This document shows, one piece after another, positions 9,593-20,100 of a stretch of 25,708 bases of DNA (positions are counted from its first letter, which is position 1; each line of letters opens with the position of its first letter). Made by a program: the position numbers and the translations under genes. Below the pieces are notes generated by a model, which was not told where the DNA came from, did no database searches, and saw only the letters and a program-made list of their open reading frames with translations. The stretch is from a virus (taxonomy: Duplodnaviria; Caudoviricetes): positions 1 to 25,708 of IMG/VR virus record IMGVR_UViG_3300029319_000443, one strand, 5' to 3'.

Positions 9593-11161
9593 TTAGAACT
9601 GTAATATTATTTTGATGTCTTCTTTTTGGTTGGAAGATCTTGTAATTGATGGTCTGTGATCAACATAAATCATATTTCCAGAATATTTGTCAATCTCTGG
9701 ATTAGAAACTCCCTTAGTAAATGTTTGACCAAGGTAATAGGTTCTATTATTTATTGAGGTGGAAAGACCTGTAAATGTTGTACTAATTGATAAATTAGAA
9801 CTACCACCAACAATAGTTACGTTACCACCAGAAGCTGGATCAGCAGTAAATCTTGTTGTGTTATATCCATAAATCGCAGCAGTTGCTGTTTGTGCAGTTG
9901 AAACAGAACCAGTTGCAGTTACAAAACCAGCAATAGTTCTATCTTGCCAATACTTTAAAACACCTGTTGTTTGATCATATGCAATGACTTTTCCATAAGC
10001 AGTAACACCAGTTCCAGTTGTTTGAGATATCAAACTATCGGGAGTAAATGTTACAGAACTATATCCAGTTCCTGTCAATCTTAGTCCATATGCAGCACTT
10101 GCTTTGTCTAATGTAAGTAACTGGTCAGAACCAAATGCTTTAGGATTTTCTATGATACCTATTCTAGCTATCTGGTTTCCTGTTATAAAGTCTGGGTTTT
10201 CCGCATCATTTTCAATTCTTGCATAAAGTAAGGCATTAGTTGCACCCAACTCCCTATAGATATCTGAACCATGACCACCTGGTGGTGGGATAATAACGTC
10301 AAGAGTTGGTGGGGATGTAGGTGTTGGAACTGATCCAGCAGCTAAATCAACGTTACCATATGTATATCCATATCCTTCGTTAGATATCGTGACACTCTCT
10401 ATTTGAGCATCATTATTAACAACAACAGTACATTCTGCATTAAATCCATCACCCTTAATTGGAACTCTAGTATAAGTCTGGTTAGCAGTTCCTATACCAG
10501 TTCCTCTATTCTTAACAACAACAATCTTGATTCCACCATCTACAGCATTATTTTTAACAGCAGCATCTGCAGCATTATCTCCCCAGTTTAAAGGAACTGG
10601 CATAAAATCAGTAGAATCGAACTTAACTAAATCTGCTGGTTTGATAGTATACAAATACTTCCAAATATATCCGTCACCAGAAGTACCAGCTGCTCTTGGT
10701 TCTAAATCAGTAAATGTTGGTTCATCTAGAGATGGTTTTCCGTCAGGTGTTTCTGGTGTTGTTCCATTTTGTAAGCAAATATAAACTCTAAAGTCACTAT
10801 TAACAACAAAGAAGTTTGCAGTATATAATGATGTTCCACCAGAGTTTGGTGGTGCATTTGAGATACTATAGTCGTGTCTATAATAATCGTATGTTGTACC
10901 TGAACTCCAACTTTGTTTTGGAACAATTTGTTTTACATCAGCAGAAGTTATTCTCTTAACAGCCATCATAGTATCATAATAATCATTCATATTATTGAAA
11001 CTATCGATAGGTGCTGGAGGAGCAGAATCCCATGTTGATACGATACTTGTGGGATTTGGTAGACCAACAAAAGCATAGTAAGAGTTAGTCGAAGTGGATA
11101 CACCAGCAACGAAATTCTTTGCGTTTAATATTCTTATTTGATCCGTTATGATTGCCGACAT
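9593..11161 (-). CDS. gp8: Baseplate wedge subunit gp8
   Basis: 522 aa. It begins MSAIITDQ.RI.NA.NF, contains VY.C..NG and DGYIWKYLY, and ends YVDHRPSITRSSNQKEDIKIILQF, all characteristic of gp8. It follows gp7. Confidence 0.92.
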   Translation of the reverse strand: MSAIITDQIRILNAKNFVAGVSTSTNSYYAFVGLPNPTSIVSTWDSAPPAPIDSFNNMNDYYDTMMAVKRITSADVKQIVPKQSWSSGTTYDYYRHDYSISNAPPNSGGTSLYTANFFVVNSDFRVYICLQNGTTPETPDGKPSLDEPTFTDLEPRAAGTSGDGYIWKYLYTIKPADLVKFDSTDFMPVPLNWGDNAADAAVKNNAVDGGIKIVVVKNRGTGIGTANQTYTRVPIKGDGFNAECTVVVNNDAQIESVTISNEGYGYTYGNVDLAAGSVPTPTSPPTLDVIIPPPGGHGSDIYRELGATNALLYARIENDAENPDFITGNQIARIGIIENPKAFGSDQLLTLDKASAAYGLRLTGTGYSSVTFTPDSLISQTTGTGVTAYGKVIAYDQTTGVLKYWQDRTIAGFVTATGSVSTAQTATAAIYGYNTTRFTADPASGGNVTIVGGSSNLSISTTFTGLSTSINNRTYYLGQTFTKGVSNPEIDKYSGNMIYVDHRPSITRSSNQKEDIKIILQF

Positions 11162-11182
11162 GAACTTGTGTTACACTTTTTT

Positions 11183-11192
11183 TATTTATTTA
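11183..11192 (-). promoter_or_regulatory. Late promoter motif (TAAATAAATA, containing ATAAATA) upstream of gp8
   Basis: The minus strand reads gtc-TAAATAAATA-aaa, two overlapping TAAATA cores. The first uses the gp7 TAA stop. It lies about 21 nt upstream of the gp8 ATG and matches the relaxed cyanophage late consensus NATAAATA. Confidence 0.7.
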
Positions 11193-14100
11193 GACGACAT
11201 AATTCTCAGCTTTAAGAGCGATCTTTCTCTTAACCTGCGGGCCCGTCTTAATACCAGTGACACCATTGGTGGTATTAATGGTATATGCTTGTGATATTTG
11301 TCTATCTGTTAGTTGTAATCGACCCCAACTATAATCACCAACAAATGATGTAGATAGACCTTGATTTAATGTAGAATAACCAACAGTATTCTCTAATCCG
11401 TTCCAACTTAGAACTCTACAGAATACTCTTGTTAGTGTTTCTGCTTGATCAGAACCAAATCCAACAGTTGTGACTCCAACATGATGAGAAACCTCATAGA
11501 TATTATCTAAAGCAGTTGTTCCTACACCAACGTAAGAACCAGCCATATTTAACGAAGTAACTCCAGAACCAAGATTAGAACCAGTAACTGTAAAGAAGTA
11601 TCCAGTTGTCAATCCACTAACTGAAATAGGATCAGGGCTAGCGATATTTTCATCTCTTAATGCAGATCCTTTTGGAATATACAAGTCAAATACAACAGCA
11701 GTTCCAATAGCGACTGCTTGACCATTTGCTCTAGAGATGTTTGAACATATACCAACTCCAGTAACAATACCATGGTCTCCTTGATATAAATCAATAGTAT
11801 TTTCTTCCCTAACATATGTAGGTGGAGAAATTAAAACAGCAGGAGGTCTAGCAGAAGTATATCCTATTCCAGAATTAACTCCCACAGTGATTGCATTTAC
11901 AACACCATTACTTATTGTAGCAGTCGCTATTGCGATAGTGGTGCTTCCAATACCAGCAAATCCTGTGTTACCAACACTTACAGGTTGTTGTATTTTAACT
12001 GTAGGTGCAGCAGTATAACCCTCACCACCATCAGATATTTCAATACTTGAAATTGTTCCAGCAATGGAAACAACAGCAGTGGCAGCCGCACCTGCGAGAA
12101 ATTCATATTCAGAACTCGCATTAACAATTTGAATATCTTTTTGGAAGTTTCTATTTACTGGGTTTTCATTCTTTGGATTAAAGAATGGTTTGGAATTATC
12201 AATGAATATAGATGTTGAACCAACACCAACAGATTGTATTAGATATGCTGTTGGGAATAAATTGGGTTCATATAGTGGTCTGTCTTTACGAACTATTCTT
12301 CCATCAATATACTTATCTTCAAGTTGTCTATACCATTTAACAGGTCTAGTCTCTGTTTCAGAATCACCTAAACCTCTTCCATAATATTGATTGGTATCAA
12401 CTTGGTTAGATGATACAACCTCAGAAACTGTTCTTGGGAATTCAACAAAAGTTCTTGTATTATAAGCAGGATCAAATCCTATTTGTAAGTCATCACCAAC
12501 TTTAACTGTTTCTACAATATCTCTATCCTTTACATCCTCACCACCAGTTCCTCTATAGAAGAACATATTCATAATATCACCCGCATTTGGTGCTTCAGTA
12601 AGTGTTATTGATCCACCACCATCAAATGTATAACCCTCACCAGGAACTTGTAGAACATCATTTATCGTAAGAATAATAGTATTTTTCACATCAATGTTTG
12701 AACCACTAGCTGCCTGTATCGCAAATGCTTCTTCAGCAACTGTAAGTGGGAATACTTTTCTAGTTCCATCAAATAAATCAGAGAAATCATCAAGAGCTTG
12801 AAGTTCACCCATAGTCCACATATTAAATTCATCATGATGAACTCTATCTAATGTTAATTTGAATGGTTTGAATAAATGTGCATCTATTGGAACTGCATAT
12901 GATTCACCAGGTGCACTAGCAAATGTTGGAACTGTCAATACTTGAGAGTTTTTATATCCAAATCCAGTATTTGTTATTTCAAAATCAATTACGCGGCCAC
13001 CAGTAGTAGCAACTCCAACTGATATATTCACTCTTGCTTGTGATCCACCAACACCTGGTGTAGATGCGTTATCATACCAAAGAGGAATATCTTGATATGG
13101 TAATGGTGCATCAATTATCGCAGTAAATGTTGATTGACCAGTTCCTACAGATGATGGGTTTTGAGTTCCTATGCCAGGTATTGGATTTGTGTTTGTAACA
13201 GCGATACTTACAACACGACCATTTGTGACTGCTGCAGTTCCGATATTTTGAATAGTTGGAGTTCCCCCAGAAGTTGTTACAGCGATGGCAACATTAACAA
13301 CAGTCGCTATTCCAACACCACCAATAGAGGCAGTTGATCCCATACCAACGTTACCAGGCCTTACCCTATAACCAGAACCACTATTACCAATACTGACCGC
13401 AGTAGCAACACCAATATTATTAAAGTGTATTGTAGCACCAGCAGATACTAATGGTTGATATCCTAATCCCTCACTTGATGCTACAGAAACTATGATACCA
13501 CCAACTGGAACCGAAGCATTATTAACATCGTTAGCAATAGATGATGCAGTTCCTGTAAATGTAATAGATGAAATTCCAGAAACTTCAGATAATTCATAAT
13601 TGTTTAATACACCAGCACCTTGCAATATTCCATTTACCATTACAATACCAAGGTTTGTTGCAATACCAGTTACATTTGTCTTATCAACTTTGAGAGTAAA
13701 CTCTTTTGTTTGGCCATCAAACTGTGGTGATAGATCATCAATATTGTAGTTTGCGTTATACGCTTTAGTATTTCCACCTTTGATACCAGACCTATTGAAT
13801 ATTCTTCCGCTAAAGCTTGATGTGGTTGTGATACCAACAAAGTCTCTATCATTTGGTGGTGATGTTGATACACCAACTTTTGGTCTATTTCCAATTGGTG
13901 CAGCAGCAAAATTAAGTGTGCTATCAACAATATTATAATTACCAGTCATTTTCTCAACAACATCATGATTAGAGTGTTCAATAAGATCGGTTCCCATCCA
14001 ATTTCGATGAACTCTTATTGCACTAGTGATACCAGCATTACTGACTGCTATTATCTTCATCATCTCATGAGTCGTAGCAGAACCAACTCTAATAACATCT

Positions 14101-17100
14101 CCACTAAAGAATGACGTTATTCCAGAAGTAAACATAATAGTTTCACTTCTAGGGAAGTCTGCACCTAATGATGTAGTGACTCCAGTTCCTACAATAGGAC
14201 TTTGAATCATATTATCAATTGATATTAATGCTCTTGTATTTTGATTTTTACTTATGAAACTATGAGATGTTCCAACACCAACTGAGGAAAGTTCTAATGG
14301 AACTGTGATTGACTTAAGTGCGTTTTCTGCTGTTGCTGCTAATTTAACCACACTATCACTAACCTTAATAATAAAGACAGATGAAGGAACATAAGTTACG
14401 TTTGCGGGAGATGTAGATGGTGTAGCTGCAATTCCTATAGCATCACCTGTGCTTCCAATACCTGTGGTTGTACATCCAACTATTGGTTGTGCAATGGCAT
14501 ACTCAACTTCTTCACCACTTACGAAGAAATGATTAGGAATTGTAATTTGATTGTTTGTAAGATCTACTATATCACTATCAGAACCATCAAAGTTAACCTT
14601 AAATATCTCATTATCGTTCTCATCTAATATTGGGAATTTAGTTCTAGCACCAAAGAATGTTCCTTCATAAACATCAAATTTAGTTTGAATAGTAGCTGCA
14701 TTTAGATCAACACTTGTCGGAGCACTAGAGGTTTCAGTTACTTTAAGAGCATGTATGACTGTTTTAACTTCTACTGGTATATTTGCATTTGGAACAAACT
14801 TTATTTCAGTATCACAATCACCATGGCCACCTTTTTCACCAGATATAGTTCCAATACCAGTTGTTGCACCAGCACCTGTTATGATGTTTCCATACTCTGA
14901 CATAAATACACGATTATCATCATCAACCATCATTATTTCAGCAAACTCGTATGTATCGTTTAGAGTATCTTTAATCTGAACGATAGCATACGCACCATCA
15001 AATTCCTGACTATAACTACCAATACCCGTTGGGCTAGGTGCAGCTGATGCTGGAATTGTTGTAGATTTTGCTATTATTGAAGCATTCTTTAATGGTAAGG
15101 TTCCTACGCCAGTAAATGACTCAGATGATATTCCTATGGTAACAGTATTGACAAATGCAGTTACAATACCAGCATTTGGTGTAAATCCTATCTGAACTGC
15201 AGCAGTAGTTCCAAGACCGACTATATGTGGTCTAAATGTTCCTAATGGTTCTGAAGCAAGATTATCTCTTCTATTATGAATAGTTAACTGTCCGTATTGC
15301 TCAAATGCTACAGTGGATCCTAAACCTACAGCACTTTGATGCATTACAAGACTTAGTTCATTATACTCTACAGTTCCTTCACTTGTTGCAATAGAAACAA
15401 TAACTTTAGCAGATCTTGGGTTGAATAATTGATATTGAGCTGTATCAGCAGCACTATAATTTCTAGATCCTGAAGTTAGTGCAATACCTGTTGTAGATGC
15501 ACTTCCTACAGTTGCTATAATAAACTCACCACCACCGTGTGCAGATCCACCTAATGTTGTGGCAGCACCAATATGAACAAGTGCTCCAACTGGATTTGAT
15601 GATGCTCCTATGGCAGTTGATGTACCTACAGTTAAAGAAGTTGATAAACCAAGTTCATTAAGGTTGTATGAAAGTGTCGATACGTTATAGTTGTTAAATT
15701 CACTCTTAGTTGGGAAGAATCTAAGAACTGCCTCACTACCATCAACAGTAGAATCCATTGAACCAAGATCTCTTACAGTATCTACTTGACCATACTGGTT
15801 AATCATTGATTGGCCACTAAGAGGATCAAATAAAGCATTGACCATCATCAATTGCCTCTCACCCTCAAATAATCTATCTTTTACATATACAATAAATCTA
15901 TTTTCCTTATTTCCAGAAATATTATATCTACCTATTTCGGAGAAAGGTGTATTTCTTGGTTGATCTTGGAAATCAGCACTGATATTTTTAATAGTGATAA
16001 CTCTGTTACCAACCGATTCAGCGTAATCAATTAAAATACGATTTTGGAAGTTAATTTGATCAGAAAGATTACCAGCAGCAGGAGATCTTGATTTTAAGTT
16101 CTCTGTAACTAAATCAAAGTTATTAACTTCATGTAAACTTTCAAATCCCTGTAAATCAATAACACCTGTGACTGTTCCAGCAGTTCCAACAACCATTGAT
16201 GCCTTTTGGGCGACTGGTAGATTTGATTCTACTTGAAGATTGCTAAATTTTTGGAATCCAGCAGTATGATTTAAAGTATTAACAATATCTTTCCATTTAT
16301 CAAAGAAAACTCTAGATTTAATCGCATATGCAAATCTTTGATAGTAATCATTTTCGTGAGTTACTTGTAGAACATTACTTAAGAATCCAGTTTCATATTC
16401 CCAACCATTATTAACCATTGAGAAGTAATCTAGAGCAAAGTTAGTATCAAATGTAAGAACTATTTCAGATACAGTTCCTTTTGCACCTGTTTCTGCAGAT
16501 TCGATTAACTTACCAACCTCAAAGTCACTTGCTGCCTCAACAGTCAACCACTGACTTTCTTCATCATATTCAAAAGCACGACCAGACACTGGGCCTACAC
16601 TGGTTTCTGATGTTAAAGTTTCATTAGCATTAAATGTGTTAGGTTGTAATTGAACAGAGAATTGTGGAAAGTCTCTTTCTCTTACTAATATTGCAGATGA
16701 TAATGTAGAATTAAAATTACCAGGTATTTCTCCAGATGGAACATTACCACCCATACTATAAGTTACAATACCAACGTTACCTAAGTTTTGGTGAACTTGA
16801 GTAACTTCAAATGTGCGGAACTGATATGCTTCTGAGTTGTATCCTAAACCAGTAGATCCCACACCAACACTAGCATTTTCTACAAGTAATTTGTCACCAA
16901 CTTCTATTGGAAATTCATTAGCGAAACTGTATGCAACTTTTAATGTCGCTGCAACAGTGTCTGTAGATGAATCATAAACTAGATTTGTTACTCTAATTCC
17001 ATTAGGATTGTTAACAGGAACTATGATTGGAGTTATATTTGTTAAACCATAAGTATTTTCAATAATATCAACATATCCTGGTGTATCTGGAGTTGCAAGA

Positions 17101-20100
17101 TTGTATCTTAAATCAGCATCAGTATCTCTTGCTCTATCAGTACCATCAAGAACAACTAGTGAAGGTGGTTGATTGTATCCTCTACCATATGAAGTAATAC
17201 CAACAGCCTTAAGACCAGATAGTGCTTCAATCTTAATAATTTGTGGTAATTTAGATTGTGGTCTTAATGTAAAATCTGATGGATAGTCAAAACCAATATT
17301 ATTAATTTTTGCATTTTTAGGTATACCTATAGATTTACTAGATGCCTCTAGAATAGCACCTGTACCCGTGTCAGAGGTCACAGTAGACACACCAGGTAAT
17401 CTAGTGTAGCCTTTTCCTTTTTGAGCGATTGCAATCGCTGCTATTGGGCCGTATGCAGTCTTAGATGTAGTGTCATAAATGATTTCAGTTGTTGAAGAAC
17501 TTGTATAAGATGGTTCTTCTGGATATCTGTCTAAATCATACACAAATGTATTATCAGAGTTAGCAATAATATTAAATTGACCAGCATAACGACTATCTCT
17601 AAAGTTTATAGAGTTATTACCAATAATTTCTTTATCCAATACAAGTTCTTTATTTACATCAGGATTGTCTGTAGATGTATTAGCAACTAAGTTGTAATAA
17701 AGTATTTTAGGAGTATTATTGTTATATGTTAATACCAATTTACCATCAACACCAACTGTTCCTGATCTAGTTACATTGAATGTTGATGACTTCTCATTTG
17801 ATGTATATTCGTGAATAAAGTTATAATCTGTGTAAAGTTCTAAATCAAATGCTGGTAATGTATCATTAACCTTTGTGTATGATAGAGATGAGTCTGATAG
17901 ATCAAAAGTTATAGTTCCATTTTTATAAAACTCTAATGGTGGGTTGACTAAATTAAGAACTCCACTATTTCCACTGTTCGCAGTTAAAAGTCCAACAAAT
18001 TTAGGTCTTTTCTGTTTTGTTTGGAATCTACTACCACACAATTTTATTTTATCTTTATTAATAACATACACAAAATACTCTTCATCATTAACTAAACCAC
18101 CGATTGGGCTAGATGATGTATGAATAACTCTTTGACCAGTTACCATCTCATGATTTACAATTTCAATTGCATCAGGTATACCTGTTAATGCTGTTGATGT
18201 ATTAATACCAGATGCGGTAAAGTCTAATGTTCTTGCAATTAATTTTCTATTTGCTTTATTATATTTGATAGGAACTGTTGTAACAATACCAGCATTTACA
18301 GTTAAAAATACCCTATCATTATGACCCAATCCATGACTACTTGCAGTAGATACTGTTATTTTATTTTTCTCAAGAGAACCTTTAACAGTTTTATCATAAG
18401 CAATCTTTAAACTATGATATACACCAGTTCCAATACCTGTGAAATATAATAAACTTTGTTTTTTCGTAGTGGCAGCTGCACCTACAAATACATCCTCTGG
18501 ATCTACACCATCACCTGGTGTTCCTAAACCAATTCTAACTGTTGATAGACCAATTAAATCGTCACTAAGTTTTGCTACAAATAGAGGTGTTGCTTCTGGT
18601 AAATCTGCAGAGGCAACTAATAAATCAGCATTTGCACGGTTTGTTGCTATTCCTATATTATTACCAGTATTTCTTTGATATGTAACCTTATCACCAGTTT
18701 TAAATTTGTGATTTGGTAAACGTATGGATCTAGAAGGTATGAATACTCGATTTATACCAGAACCAGGATTTTGAATACTAACTGTTGTTCCAATACCAGG
18801 CCCAGCAGTAGTTCCCACACCAACTGACTCTACTGGATTAAAGTAATATTCTAAATCAATTTCATTATCAAATGTAGTGTTAAAACCAACATCTATCTTA
18901 AACTTTCTAGGATCTTCCTCTATAACTGTTGTTGCAGTATGTGATGCACCTGTTACACCATCATCAAGACTATTTTGATTTCTCAATACTCTCAATCTAG
19001 ATGATGCAGCATCAATGTTAAGTATCTTAACTTCTTCTTGTCTTGTTCCAATACCAACCTTTAATATATCGTTTTCTCTTATCGCAAGGTTGTTTAAATT
19101 ATCATTAGGAGATGGTAGTTTACCTAGAACATTAAAGAATGTAACTAATCCAGTGGCTGCTACTGATCCAATACCTTGTGATACAATTAACTTAGTTGAT
19201 GTTATTCCAATATTGTATGTCTTACCACTCAATTCAGAACTTGTGGTTGACATACCAGAAACATATATTTTATCCCCATTTTGTAAATTTATTGGTGTAG
19301 TATGAACACCAACAAACCTACCTCTCTCATCCGCAGGATAAAACTCTATATTGTTTAATTTTGTGTTAGTGACTGAAATTGTTCCAATTCCAGGCCCTCT
19401 TACCTTTGATACCTTTGCAACTGTTTGAAAATTATCAGCAACTTTCTCTTCAAATACAATTTTATCATCAACTTGATATAACGAACCACCAGTTACAATA
19501 CCAACCTTATCTACAGCACCTTCAGAGGCAAATGTAACTTCACCCTCTTGAGTTACATATTTGTATGATTGACTAACATAATTGTAGGCACTATCATCTT
19601 GAAGTAATTCATATGGCTCTGTATTTCTTACCCAAGTAGTTTTATTGAGATTAATTTCATCTTGGTTACTCTTTGATAAGAAATTAAAGTTATTTGGTTG
19701 AGCAGCAAAGTTTTCACCCAATAGATATGGGAATTTTGGTTTTTTAAAGTTATTAAACGGATCACTGGAATCTGATGTTACGGTAGATTCAAGAGTTGCA
19801 AAGTATGCATATACTCCATTTGGATATTCTGGAGTTACACCATATCTTCCGTTATTTTCATCAAGATAACTCTCATCAGTATTACTGTTCCAAGTAAAAT
19901 CTTCGATAAAGAATTCTTGTGGGAAAACATCGGTTGGTGGTCTATTAGTTTTTAAATCAACAGAGTATCCAGAATTTAATTGGGTTACAGATCCACCAGT
20001 GCTCTTTTCATATCCATAAGGGCCGTATATTGGAAGACCATCATATGCCCAACCAATAATTGGTGAGTGTTGTGTTTTATCTTCTTCTACACCACTTGAT

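Noticed and set aside
11162-11183. GTGTTACAC inverted repeat next to a T-run between gp7 and gp8, as a terminator or operator; TAACACA also precedes the gp7 start
   Set aside because: The stem is only 4 bp with a 1-nt loop, and the T-run is on the non-coding strand. The 7-mer match could easily be chance in AT-rich DNA.
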